Shown: in pieces, positions 1-12,004 of the stretch | Numbering within the stretch: the first letter of the stretch is position 1 | How the letters are laid out: each line of letters opens with the position of its first letter | Notes under the pieces: model-generated | What the model was told of the DNA's origin: nothing | What the model saw: only the letters and a program-made list of their open reading frames with translations | The model's database searches: none | NCBI GenBank assembly: GCA_032718475.1 | Contig: JAUCBJ010008789.1 | Coordinates: 1-58,900, forward strand | Reading direction: 5' to 3' | Source: Nemertoderma westbladi | Taxonomy: Eukaryota; Animalia; Xenacoelomorpha | DNA: 58,900 nt | Translations under genes and position numbers: made by a program

Positions 1-555
1 CATGCTGGTTTCCGCACCATTGCAGGTGTATTATATTTCTATAGTGTTACCTCCTGAAATACTATACAATAGCGCCTACACCTGTGATACAATAGGCCTG
101 GTGTAATGGTGTTGGTGTACGTACGTATTTAATCTTTAATTTTTAATCCGCTACCGGTACTGGCTGACTGTTGTCTGGGTGTTTACCGCTTGTGTTTCCA
201 TCCACAATCGACATGTGCGTCGTAGTCCACCACGCAGTTGCCATTGGTTGGTGACTTGGTTTGTCTGTTGCCTGTCCGTCAACCTCACACTCTGACTACA
301 GGTCGAATGCGCAATGATCTGGCCATCTACCGGTACAAGGTGCCAGATGGGACGAGACAACATTGGGTTGATGAGAGGCGAGTCTGTGGTCTGTCTGCAC
401 GGATACCGGTCTGTCGTACCAAATATGTGTAAATATTGGTGTTTAGGTAATAATATAGTTGTGGACTGATCCTGTATAAATAACCGAATCCATCGATCAT
501 TTATTTAATTAAAAAATAAACCGGAATTTTGTTTCTTCTATTAATCAACCACATA

Positions 556-1290
556 ATGGCATCCAAAGACAAATTAGATATGAGTTTAGATGACATAATT
601 TCTACGAGTCGTGGTGGAGGGCGCGGCGGTGGTGGTGGTGGGCGTTGGAGGGGCGAGGGCGGTGGATTTAGGGGCGAGAGCGGTGGATTTAGGGGCGCGG
701 GGGGTGGAGGACGAGGCGGCTATGGTAGACCCACTCCCTACTCCCGTCCGCAGGCCCTCCCGGACCAATGGGAACACGATATGTTCTCGGATTCGGGGCC
801 CCCCGGTGCCAGCGCTCGTAGGTTCGGAGGTGGTTCCGACGGGACCGCTAAACTCCTTATCTCCAACCTCGATTGGGGCGTCAGCGACGCAGACGTGAAG
901 GAGTTGTTCTCCGAGTTCGGGGCGTTGCGTCGAGCAGCGATCCACTACGATAAATCGGGGAGGAGTTTGGGGACCGCGGAGGTTGTTTTCGAACGAAGAG
1001 GGGACGCAGTCCGAGCGATGAAGCAGTACAATGGGATCCCGTTGGATGGTCGAACCATGGAGATCCAGATGGCGTCCTCGGATGTCGGAGGATGGCGGGG
1101 CGGTGTGGGGGAAAAGGCCGCTAACGGGGGCTACGAGGATAATGGGGGGAGTGTTGGGGGTCGGTTAGGGGGAAGGGGCGGTCAGCGATATGGGGGCGAT
1201 CGATGGGGACGCGATAGGATCACGGCTGAGGATTTGGACGCCCAACTCGAAGCCTACACAGCCAATGCATCCCGATCCGCCTACACCTAG
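556..1290 (+). CDS. ALYREF: THO complex subunit 4 / Aly/REF mRNA export adaptor, single exon
   Basis: N-terminal UBM '[10 protein letters not shown]', RGG-rich arms, 'WEHDMF' motif, RRM ([23 protein letters not shown]...[16 protein letters not shown]...YNGIPLDGR) and C-terminal UBM '[12 protein letters not shown]'. First ATG at 556. Confidence 0.93.
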   Translation: MASKDKLDMSLDDIISTSRGGGRGGGGGGRWRGEGGGFRGESGGFRGAGGGGRGGYGRPTPYSRPQALPDQWEHDMFSDSGPPGASARRFGGGSDGTAKLLISNLDWGVSDADVKELFSEFGALRRAAIHYDKSGRSLGTAEVVFERRGDAVRAMKQYNGIPLDGRTMEIQMASSDVGGWRGGVGEKAANGGYEDNGGSVGGRLGGRGGQRYGGDRWGRDRITAEDLDAQLEAYTANASRSAYT

Positions 1291-2989
1291 ATACATTTAC
1301 GTAACTGAACATCCGTTATAACTATGATTACGTAACTCCACTTCCGGTTTAACCATTAAAAACTATAGATCCGGCGGTTATTGGACGAGTTTCTGCAATA
1401 TATTTTTATGTTACTAAGGAGACGAACGGCATTTACTTTCAAATACTTTTAAAAGGCTTTGTAATACTATTCTGCGTTAAATACTTTTTTTATATTATAT
1501 AATAATATCAGGTTTTAGTATTATTTTGTTTGTCTAAGTTTTATCGTGACATTCAAAGAATCCATCCTTCAGGTTTATTATATACAATACAATGTTATTT
1601 AATATCCATAATATATATCAGGTGTTCATTTAATTGCACTGCTCTCATATTCAAGGCTACTTATATACTTTACAATATCAAAATGTCAAATTTCAGATAT
1701 TTGTTCGTTATTATTATAGTGATTTAGTGATACAACAGCGGCTTTACAAGGATTCCAAATCTGTAAAGACATCTTTTTATAAAGTGATTTAGACAGCAGA
1801 TTTGGAACCACCACAAAGGTATCCATAATAAAGTAAGTTAAGTATCACCCAATTAATATAACTATTGTGGGATATCGTGTCGTCTATATTGTATATAATA
1901 TATTATACCGTGACTCTGTATTCGGTGCGATTATTAATATTATACTGTGTCAATTAGGAATAACCAACCTATTTTATATACCGGTACCGGTAGGATATTA
2001 TATATACCGGTAGGATATTTTATTTAGTTCGCTGTCGATTTGGGTTCGTTATTTGTTGGTAAATGCAGTTCCGTTATTTGAGTTTTATGAGAAATATTAT
2101 TAATTGAAAGATTTTATATTCGTTTTAAGTTCCTCAGCATTCAAAAAACAAAGAACAAAAAACGCTTCGAACCAAATAAGATGTGGTAAATCAATGAGAA
2201 CATACATTTTAAAGTATGGAGTTAAATTTGAAAGCGAGAGATCATTTCTTGTCTATGGCATACTTTGGGTGTGTTGGGTATCAATATCGTTAAATATATC
2301 GCGACATAACTGGCCATACATTGCGTTCCTTCGGTCAATTTATGGTTTTATCGTGTCATTTAATGAATGATACTGACTAGCCACCACGTTTCCTATTGCC
2401 AGTCGGCTGCCATACAAAATGATCACGCACAGAGTGATCAGTTCTATGATAGTACTCGTCAGCAAGTCGCATCCGTCAGGACTGCAGGGTGGTGCTTGGT
2501 TTTGACATTAAGATGTTTAGTTACTTATGTTTTTCTCATACACTTGGCGTTATTATAACATTGAAAGGAATATATTATAATATAATAAGTAATTATTGTT
2601 AACAATGTTGTTCTAAATAGTAAAATTTGTTTTGAGTTTAGAGACAGCGGGGGAGGGGGGGGGGGGGACTTGACGCAGATCCAATCAATGTTAAATATCA
2701 ATTAATGGAAAGCGGCAGGTTACAGTGGCACGTTATTCTAACCAAAACAATAAAACAAAACAAGTCAGTAGAACAGGTTGTAGTTTTAGTTTCAGTTACA
2801 GTTGTTATTTGCGTTATGCCCTGGAGAGGGATGAATTGTGATTGCATCGAAAGTTCCCGATATCTGAATTTTATGATTGAAGTTATTAGCATTTTTCTTC
2901 CTCAAAATTAAAACAACTATGTGAAAGAATATTTGTAATAAAATCAGATTCATTCATAATTTGAAAACCCATGATCCAACAATAGGAAG

Positions 2990-3330
2990 GGGTTGTCCGC
3001 CTGATTTTTGCCTGTCTGTCTGTCCGGCCAGTGTGTGGTTGTGGGGGGGGGGGGGGGGGGGGGGTGTATATCTCAAAAACTCAAGCAGGTACACAAAAAT
3101 TTTAACGCAACTATTTATCAATTAGTATCTAGTTGTTGAATAAAGAAGTTGGGAACGATTCGATGTGCGATATTCGAAATATTAGCATATTATCAAGATT
3201 ATAGAACGCGAAATTAAATACACACAACTATACTTTGACAGCTGAACAACATTTCACTACTTTTATTGACAATTGGAGTTACGTAATAGCGTATTTACGC
3301 TATTAGAGTAAAAACGCTATTAGTTACGTA
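2990..3330. mobile_element. possible Helentron/DINE-like non-autonomous fragment
   Basis: (CTGT)n/GTCC microsatellite, G-run, 'tatctcaaaaact' motif and a downstream hairpin (taatagcgt...acgctatta). Boundaries unclear. Confidence 0.25.
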
Positions 3331-3656
3331 CATTAAGTATAATATTATTATTGTTCTATCCCTATTCAGTGAGTTTGTATAATGTCAAGAAGTACATCAT
3401 TTATATAACGTATGTATCTATAGGGCCTAGTTGCGGATATAGGGTTAACATTTCACACAGCGCAGTAATTGTAATCATTACTTGTTTATTACATTAGATG
3501 GGGGAGGCAGTTTTTTGGTTGATGCAAGTCATTCTTGGTTTGCATCTTCCAATCCCATATGTTTTTTGGAGGAGTCTGTTTAAGCCATCTTGATGTCGTT
3601 CTAGTAAATATTTGAATATTATTTATTTACGCAAATTAATATAAAAACCAATTAAA

Positions 3657-5009
3657 TTAAAACGGACTCGCCGTTAATATAACAGTATGGTCGACCCCTA
3701 AAGCCGCATCAATAACAGTCCGACCCATAATAACCCTCATGGGGAAACTGTGATCAGTTAGGTGTCCCAGACCCAGACAGCCACCAGTGTTGGTTCCCCA
3801 CATGTACAACTCCCCAGACGAGTTAATGGCACCGAAATGTTTCAAACCGCATCGGAGTTTAACAACCTTCGAGTCGTCGTCGTCGTTGGCTCGAAAAAAC
3901 ATCTCTGGAACTCGAGTAGGTACCGAGGATGACGTCACACGGGGCCCCAAGCCCAGGGTCCCGTGGCCCCAGGTGTAGACGCCGCCTCGGTCATCCACCA
4001 ACCCGCACACTGACTCGCCGCACGCTACATCCACCGCCGCCGCCGCTCCATGCGGCAACGGAATCCGCCGCGACCGAGGAAGTTGCGTCGACTCGGAAAC
4101 CGAACCGAACTGCCGGAACTCAGAGTTGCCCCATCCGAACAACTCGCCCGTCTCTGACACGGCGAGGTTACAATCCCCGAAGGTGGACACCTTGCAAACC
4201 CGATGTCCCACAATGTCCCCTACCACGTGAGTCGGGACGTAGTTCGTCGTGTAACCTCCATTACCAAGCTGTCCATCACCATTCCAACCAAAACAGAGAA
4301 CTTCGCGACTATCCGTTAGCAGTACAGTGTGATCTCTTCCGCAAACAATATCCTCAACCTTAAAATCGATATTAATCTTATGAATTAAACTATTTTCCGA
4401 GTACTTTTCTCCATCTATAATCGGTCTACCGCACTGTCCGAAAGTATTATTACCTAAAGTATAAACACTACCGTCTCCACACAGTACGACGGTATGAGAT
4501 CTACCGCACACAACCTTACGAATCTTCACCCCGGCGGGTAAACTTAACACGATCCGAGCGGGATTTATTGCAAAGTGTAGGTTATTTTCCCGGGAGTGTG
4601 GAGCAGGTTGGAAACCAAGTTGGCAGAATGTGTTTAGCCCCATTCCGTATAACTCACTCCTACTGCTTATTAAAGTAAACCCGTAACCAGCGGCGATGCT
4701 GCATACCTTGAGTTTAAGGTCCCGTAACACGTAGGGGGAACTCTGGTACTTGCGTGGTCTCAGGCGTTGTTTACGTTGGGGTTTAACGAACGTAGGGACC
4801 CCTAACGCCCCGGTGAAGGAATGCCCGCAGACGAATATTCGATAGATGGTGCGGTCTTGAGCTGGTTTGTTGGGGACGAATTCGTATGTGGGTATTTCTG
4901 TTGCTGAGGTGATATCCTTAGTCACAATGGTCCTGCCATCAGTGCCATGGAGTTTCCCATCAATATGAGTCAGGCGTGGGCGCCAAAGAATGTTAATATG
5001 ACGATACAT
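3657..5009 (-). CDS. RCC1L: RCC1-like protein (WBSCR16/RCC1L, mitochondrial), single exon
   Basis: Multiple RCC1 blades (VCGRSHTV, GNNTFGQCG, CGRDHT, GWNGDGQLG, WGNSEFRQ, WGHGTLGLG, CGLKHF, WGTN..GCLGLG, LGVDHT). 'G.S.TGALGVP' and 'AAGYGFTL' resemble RCC1L. Basic N-terminus is compatible with a transit peptide. Confidence 0.85.
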   Translation of the reverse strand: MYRHINILWRPRLTHIDGKLHGTDGRTIVTKDITSATEIPTYEFVPNKPAQDRTIYRIFVCGHSFTGALGVPTFVKPQRKQRLRPRKYQSSPYVLRDLKLKVCSIAAGYGFTLISSRSELYGMGLNTFCQLGFQPAPHSRENNLHFAINPARIVLSLPAGVKIRKVVCGRSHTVVLCGDGSVYTLGNNTFGQCGRPIIDGEKYSENSLIHKINIDFKVEDIVCGRDHTVLLTDSREVLCFGWNGDGQLGNGGYTTNYVPTHVVGDIVGHRVCKVSTFGDCNLAVSETGELFGWGNSEFRQFGSVSESTQLPRSRRIPLPHGAAAAVDVACGESVCGLVDDRGGVYTWGHGTLGLGPRVTSSSVPTRVPEMFFRANDDDDSKVVKLRCGLKHFGAINSSGELYMWGTNTGGCLGLGHLTDHSFPMRVIMGRTVIDAALGVDHTVILTASPF

Positions 5010-5504
5010 AATTTCTTAAGAAGCTGATTCCAACTGGATTCACATATTATTGTTTTGTAAAATGATTTACAAAAGCAATTTGAGTAGAGTGTAGAGAGCA
5101 ACTTGGCTGAGACTCAACTGCAACTTCGGTATACAATTCCCATTTCAAATCTCCCGCCATACAGCCATACATTTTATGGCTAGGAAATTAATTATATACA
5201 CCTACTATACACCTGCTGCCAGGTGCAGATGGCCGTGAAGTGCACATGAGAACACTCTACTCCTGACCAGCCATCGGTAGATCAACATCTGCCTGGCCAG
5301 GCCATATACAGATATACCCCTGCAGCCAAGTATATGGGTCCTTAATCCAGGACCAAGGGCGTCCTTCCTTATCACAGAATGTAGGGGGTCCTAGTTACAC
5401 GACCAGATTAGCCCTAGTAAGAGGGTCTATGCAGCCACAGGTGGCACCTCCTTAATGCTGCATGGAGGTTGCAAGTTTTCTTGTTAAATGACCTAGAATT
5501 TTAT

Positions 5505-5770
5505 TAAAAGCCGTATAAAAATTCTTAAAAGGTTGTATCAAAATTTCAAAAAGTTATGGAAAGTCATCCGATTGTATATTATCATCCTGATGATGTAGGC
5601 CTATTCTAGAATATTTATAAACGCAGTACTGTAGTTAATTAACTTTTACGAATTTTCATATAACTTTTACGAATTTTTATATAACTTTTACGAATTTTTA
5701 TATAACTTTTAATTTAGTATATGTTTTGAAAATTTCTATATAACTTTTAAGAATATTTATACAGCTTTTG
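5505..5770. repeat. AT-rich ~21-bp tandem repeat with inverted copy
   Basis: ATAACTTTTACGAATTTTTAT repeated 3-4 times at about 5640-5710, with loosely complementary sequence at about 5510-5560. Confidence 0.45.
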
Positions 5771-5877
5771 CTAACGAAAATGGTGCTTAAAGTACTATTA
5801 TGAAATTTGTAGTAGTGTAGTAGGTCGAATAATAGTAGTAATTCTATAATTCCATGTCACCCAGTTATTTATTACTA

Positions 5878-6585
5878 TAGTGGGGTCGCTTAAGGCTGAA
5901 ATATAGCAAAATCGTTAATTGCTGGACAAAAGCATGAAAATGTGACTATATATGTAAAAAAATGTGTAGATTAATCTGAGCCTGTGTACCAAAAAAATTG
6001 ACTACTTCCCTAGCAACAGGGTGACTTTTTCATAGCAACCGGATACTTTTGGTCGTATCTGTTATTGAAACTCGCCATATAGAAAAATTACGATTATATT
6101 ACTGGGTTGGTTTAAAAATAGAAGTCGAGTACACGTTTCCATAGCAACAAGGTGACCTTTCCCTAGCAACCGTTGTATATTTAATGTAATTATGATTGAA
6201 ACTTGGACACGTGTATCAGAGCCAATGTTATTACTAACAATCTTCTATTGCTAGACAGGTTGATTATCCCAAGTTTCAATCATAATTTCATTAAATATAC
6301 AGCGGTTGCTAGGGAAAGGTCTCCTTGTTGCTATGGAAACGTGTACAAACTTATATTATAAACTAACCCAGTTATATAATCGTAATTTTTGTTTATGGCG
6401 AGTTTCAATAACAGAAACGATAAATTTTACCCGGTTGCTATGAAAAAGTCACCCTGTTGCTAGGGAAGTAGTCAATTTTTTTGGTACACAGGCTCAGATT
6501 AATCTACACATTTTTTTACATATATAGTCACATTTTCATGCTTTTGTCCGGCAATTAACGATTTTCACCTTAAGCGACCCCACTA
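5878..6585. mobile_element. foldback MITE with long TIRs, Academ-like
   Basis: Ends TAGTGGGGTCGCTTAAGG / CCTTAAGCGACCCCACTA, arms complementary for about 330 bp, CTA on both flanks (5875-5877, 6586-6588). TAG termini with a 3-bp TSD fit Academ. Confidence 0.75.
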
Positions 6586-6624
6586 CTACTGTAGGGTAAC
6601 ATACGGAAGCCCATAGCGGCCAGG

Positions 6625-7632
6625 AAACAAACATTAATGTGGGATACAAACATTAATGAGGAGCACATTAATGAGGGACACAAACATTAATGAGGGACAC
6701 AAACATTAATGAGGGACACAAACATTAATGAGGGGCACATTATTGAGGGACACAAACATTAATGAGGGACACAAACATTAATGAGGGACACAAACATTAA
6801 TGAAGGACACAAACATTAATGAGATACACAAACATTAATGAGGGGCACATTAATGAGGGACACAAACATTAATGAGGGACACAAACATTAATGAGGGACA
6901 CAAACATTAATGAAGGACACAAACATTAATGAGATACACAAACATTAATGAGGGACACAAACATTAATGAGGGACACAAACATTAATAAGGGACACAAAC
7001 ATTAATGTGGACACAAACATTGATGTGGGACACAAACATTAATGAAGGACACAAACATTAATGAGATACACAAACATTAATGAGGGACACAAACATTAAT
7101 GAGGGACACAAACATTAATGAGGGACACAAACATTAATGAGGGACACAAACATTAATGAGGGACACAAACATTAATGAGGGACACAAACATTAATGAGGG
7201 ACACAAACATTAATGAGGGACACAAACATTAATGAGGGACACAAACATTAATGAGGGACACAAACATTAATGAGGGACACAAACATTAATGAGGGACACA
7301 AACATTAATGAGGGACACAAACATTAATGAGGGACACAAACATTAATGAGGGACACAAACATTAATGAGGGACACAAACATTAATGAGGGACACAAACAT
7401 TAATGAGGGACACAAACATTAATGAGGGACACAAACATTAATGAGGGACACAAACATTAATGAGTGACACAAACATTAATGAAGGACACAAACATTAATG
7501 AGGGACACAAACATTAATGAGTGACACAAACATTAATGAAGGACACAAACATTAATGAGGGACACAAACATTAATGAGGGACACAAACATTAATGAGGGA
7601 CACAAACATTTATAAGGGACACATTAATGGGG
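6625..7632. repeat. 19-bp minisatellite (GGGACACAAACATTAATGA)n, roughly 50 units
   Basis: Direct head-to-tail repeats with no spacers and occasional variant units. Confidence 0.95.
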
Positions 7633-7679
7633 ACTGTGAGGTCCACAAAGAATGAACAAATCTCGTTCACACATTGTTG

Positions 7680-7935
7680 ACCCGTTGGGTCGTTTTACCA
7701 CTCCACTACTACGGGGTAACCCGATAACTGATCTGAGTATACAAGGAAGTGGCGTCCCGCGAGTTGGAACAAATCCAAAGGGGAGGATTGAAATGGACGC
7801 ATGGGGATGGAGTCATCCATAAACTTATCCTTGGGGTGGCTGCGAAGTAGACCCTGGCACGTGTCGCACTGCCCTACGAGGCGCTTGATGTCGGCGTTAA
7901 TGCTGGGCCAGTAAAGTAAACAGCAGTTCACGCCC
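7680..7935 (-). pseudogene. Ty3/Gypsy integrase relic
   Basis: 'YWPSINADIKRLVGQCDTCQ' (H2C2 zinc finger end) and 'RPFQ...DLFQLAGRHFLVYSDQLSGYP' (start of the rve core). Confidence 0.75.
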
Positions 7936-9479
7936 GCTGTTTTGTGCGGGTGATTCCCAAGTGAGACTCTCCCTTCCCATGAGGGGGTATGTAGAAGTCT
8001 ACCAGTACGACTGGTCTACCTTTATTGCTCCACTGTTCTTTGGTTCCTTAGTCGCTCCGGTTGCAATACAGTGGCGTTTGTTTATACAGTATAACTGGTA
8101 ACTGTTTATTACCTATGCTACAGTAATATCCCTTTTTATGCATCGTATGTCGGCTGCCTTCCAAGCGCCACAATGCGGCAGTTTGTCTCCAAATTTATGC
8201 ACTGTCCCATCTCATATTCCTCTTCCTTTGCACATCTATAGGCTTCACGGCTTACGGAAGGAAGGCCCGTGTTGATGCAATTGTGTACTTTGCTATTTTA
8301 GATTACTTATTTTACTAAATTTAAGTTCAAAAAACACCACTTTTATTGATAAAGCCGATTGCGTCATAATATTATATATTCCTTACTAGAAATCGTCTAC
8401 TCTGGCATATTTTAACATTTGACGCCATCTAGTGCCATTATCTGCATATCCAACTTGTTTCGGTGTCCCATTGGTTCTAAGCTCCTCGCTGTTCAACCTG
8501 TATATAACACGATTGGTTCTATGGTTTATTCACTTGTTATTGTTATTCTTTGAAAGTAAAATCACATGCCCATGCAGGGCTGTTAATCCCAGTCAGATTT
8601 TGATGACTGGCGATTATTACAAGTCGAAGTTTAAAGTCAAAGTCCTAAGTCGAAGTCTGAATTGTTTATAATAATTAATAATTGAATTGTTTATTGTTAT
8701 ATTTGATATTCTACTGGTAAACTCAATTTGTTATTATTTGGTTAATATATTGCCGATATTACAAAATCAAGGGAGTTTTACACGCGCCACAACCAGGTAG
8801 GTCTAAGCATTATTGATAACCTGGACAATTGTATCAGATCCACGTGTGCTGCCTTATCTCTAACCTGATAAATAAATAAATATATGGCGACATTTCAGTC
8901 TCATTCTAAGCGAAGCTCTTATTATTAATTACATCACGATTGAGAGTTGTCACAAATTGAATACTGTAGTGATATCAATATAATTAGACCAAAGACTTGT
9001 AACAATACGTTTCCCCTAAAGGGAAACACAATCACCAGACTTGAGTCCTTACAGAATTAATTAGTCAGACATTTACTTGTTATATCGTGTTGTCACACAC
9101 TATCGGTACTGTATACCAGCGAAATATAATAGATGATCAAATACCGTATTAGATTGACTGAAACACAGAGCAAATCAATTCATCGTGGGAAAAAGGGGAA
9201 ACAAATCGATACACAAGAGCGGCCTTCGTTGAAGGTACACAAGCGCCATTACCGTTCAGTGTTTCAGACCGGACATTCAGCCCTCGTTTTTGCATGGTTT
9301 ATCAAGTAACAAGAAGAAGTCACAATATATGAATATTGAGATTAGAAAACATATTTTTTATCAAATGCGCTAACAGCGCGTGCCCTGTGCTATGCCCCGA
9401 CTTACTTCGCTGGTACTGGGATTTTACTCTTCAATCGGTATTGGGGGACGCTGCATTACAGTGGTTGGTTATTTTGACT

Positions 9480-9772
9480 AATCGGGTGTAGATTGCGCTG
9501 TAGTCGCTGTGTTTCCTTAATTGCGAGTTCCCTAGCCTGGCAGAATTCCACTGTGTCTGCCAGGTCGAGTCTCGGCTTTTTAGCGAAGACTTCCTCCCTT
9601 GGTTTTTTATTGGTGAGTCCGCATACCAGGAGGGTAAATTTCCAGTCGCCCAGCGTAATATCGGTAACGTGGGCATCATCAAAGGCTTCTTGGAGTCACA
9701 CCCAGTATTCGTTGAATGTTTGTCGCTCCACCTGTCAGTTTTTTAGTAATTGGTACCAGTCCACCATAATGT
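9480..9772 (-). pseudogene. LTR retrotransposon gag relic, interrupted by the LINE insertion
   Basis: Minus strand reads WYQLLKN*QVERQTFNEYWV*LQEAFDD...FTLLVCGLTNKKPREEVFAKKPRLDLADTVEFCQARE, a Gypsy gag-like pattern. Same strand as the integrase relic. Confidence 0.5.
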
Positions 9773-9784
9773 TATGCTGGGCGC

Positions 9785-10983
9785 TTTTTGGCACTTTTGA
9801 AGAATTATCAAAAAAGAAAGACAGGCATCTGGCTGTTATCTTTGTTGACTTCTTTAAGGCCTTTGATTCAGTCTCTCGCTCACGTATGTTTAGCATCCTT
9901 TCATTATATGGGATTCCTGATGAAATTATTGCAGCAATCAGATCAGTATACTGTACGATGGTTCGACAACATTTGTGTCTACTGTTGACGGTGATACAGA
10001 ACCATTTGAAGTGTTTGGGGCGTCCTCCAGGGAGACACACTTGCACCATACTTGTTCATAATTGTGGTTGACTATGTTCTACGCATGTCCTTATGATAAC
10101 TCCACCTACTGGCTCCAGAAGTCGAGGAAATCCTGCAAAGTACCTAAGCTAACTGATCTAGACTTTGCTGATGACTTAGGAGTACTCTCAGAATCACTAG
10201 AGGAGCCCAACGGCTCCTCAGCTCATTAGAACATGCTGCTTTTAGTGTTGGTCTTTTTTTAACTCCAGAAAGACCAAAATTTTGACAGTTAACTTTGAAA
10301 GTCCTCAGCAAGTCTCTGATCGGATGAGCATACGCTCAAAGGATGGTATGCTTGAGCATGTGGACGACTTCTGTTACCTGGGATCATGGATCCGGAAGTC
10401 AGGTGAGGACCTTCGAATACGTAAGGGAAAGGCATGGGCAGCCTTGAATAGGCTTTCCAGGATTTGGAAGTCACAGAGAATTAATCGGAAACTTAAGGTC
10501 CGATTATTTAGAGCAGCAGTAGTTCCAGTACTCCTCTACGGAAGTCCATGCTGGACTCTAACTGCTGAGGACACCAAATCTCTGGATAGCACATTCACAA
10601 GAATGCTACGCCGGGTTCATTGTGTCAAGTACAATGCACACATCTCCAACCAGACACTATATAACATTGGAGGTGTCTCATTGGTTCCCCCAAGCTTGAC
10701 ACTAGAACAAAATCGCCTCCGCTTTGCAGGACATTGCTTTCGCCGTGAGGACCAGCCAGTGCATAATCTTGTACTTTGGCAGCCTCATGGAGTTAATAAG
10801 TATGGTGAACAGCCCATGACTTTCTTGAGACGCATCTTAAAGGACACTGGCCTTGAAGATGCGGATGATCTAGCAAATGTCATGGGTGATAGGGAGTTGT
10901 GGCGGCGCAATTTTGTTGACAAGCCGGCACAGCATTCTTAAAAATGCAGCAGCAATGCAGCATTCCGATCCTAGTAGTAGTAG
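9785..10983 (+). mobile_element. 5'-truncated RTE-like LINE (degenerate RT), (TAG)n tail
   Basis: RT motifs 'FVDFFKAFDSV', 'GVLQGDTLAP' (frameshifted), 'DFADDL', 'FCYLGS', 'LLYG...W', 'RLRFAGHC'. Tail tagtagtagtag. 12-bp TSD TATGCTGGGCGC at 9773-9784 and 10984-10995. Confidence 0.9.
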
Positions 10984-11057
10984 TATGCTGGGCGCGTATG
11001 TGATCGTGGATACACATCAAGATTTTGTTTGACATATTTTGACAATTTTGATTGACA

Positions 11058-11530
11058 ATTTTGTACTCATTTTTTTTTATAAGAGTAACATTAATTCAAT
11101 GTAATATGTATGCCTACTCATTTTAAAATGAGTACCCCATTAATTCAGAAAATCTTGCAATTTTGTACTCATATTTTAGCCAATCGCGAATTTGCCATTC
11201 ATCTTTGAATAATTGACACCCATCTTCTAGCCAATCGCGAATTTGCGCCTCATCTTCGAATAATTGCTACCCATCTTTTAGCCAATCGCGAATTTGCCCC
11301 TCATCTTTGAAAATATTCAAACATCTTTTAGCCAATCATTGATAAGGCCTTTTCCAAATAAGGCCTTATCAATATAAGGCAATATTTTCCGAATTAATGG
11401 TGTACTCATTTTAAAATGCGAACATAATTCATTGAATTAGTGACTCTTATAAAAATATGAGTATAAAATTGGTGTACTTATTTTAAAATGAGAACATAAT
11501 GCTATCGAATTAGTTACACATATAAAAAAT
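11058..11530. mobile_element. palindromic MITE-like element with internal TAGCCAATCGCGAATTTGC repeats
   Basis: 11058-11150 is inversely complementary to 11385-11470. Four internal ~51-bp repeats start TAGCCAATC. Confidence 0.55.
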
Positions 11531-11574
11531 AATTATTTATAATAATTAATAATAATAATTATTATTATTTTCTT

Positions 11575-11950
11575 CTGCCTTAGCGCAGTTGGTATTCAAG
11601 AGCACCGAATGCAGACTGGACAGACTACTAATGAGGTTCTGATTAAGGATATGGGAGGCAGTTGGCGACTCGCCCTCGCGTCAGCAGATGATAATGGCAA
11701 TGGTGGAATTGGTCTATTGATGAATCCAACTGCACAATGCACATGCAGCATTGGACAAAATAGACCAAATCTCTAACCGCATCATCCGTTGCCACTTCTC
11801 ATGTTCTGGAAGACTGGCTAAGAAGTTTCCTAAGGTGGTTCTGATTGTGTGCTACTCTCCAACTAGTGTGTTGCCCATGTAGAGGAGGTGGTAAATTTCT
11901 ACTAGAATCTACAAGCAGCTACTGATGGAGTGGATCAGCATTCTTAACTT
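11575..11950 (+). pseudogene. LINE apurinic endonuclease (APE) fragment, RTE-like
   Basis: 'VFKSTE/QEHR', 'GNGGIGLLMN', 'ISNRIIRCHF' and 'VLIVCYSPTS' motifs spread across frameshifts. Confidence 0.6.
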
Positions 11951-12004
11951 CCTTTCCATGCATGCATTAACGTGTAACATCAGATACTTCCTGTTTGTCG
12001 TGTG

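Noticed and set aside
151-432. Short ORFs upstream of ALYREF
   Set aside because: No recognisable motifs and non-ATG starts.
529-555. ORF-track start for ALYREF
   Set aside because: It is a TTG start; the ATG at 556 matches the family N-terminus.
6625-7632. CRISPR-like array
   Set aside because: Repeats are head-to-tail with no unique spacers, there are no cas genes, and the context is eukaryotic: a minisatellite.
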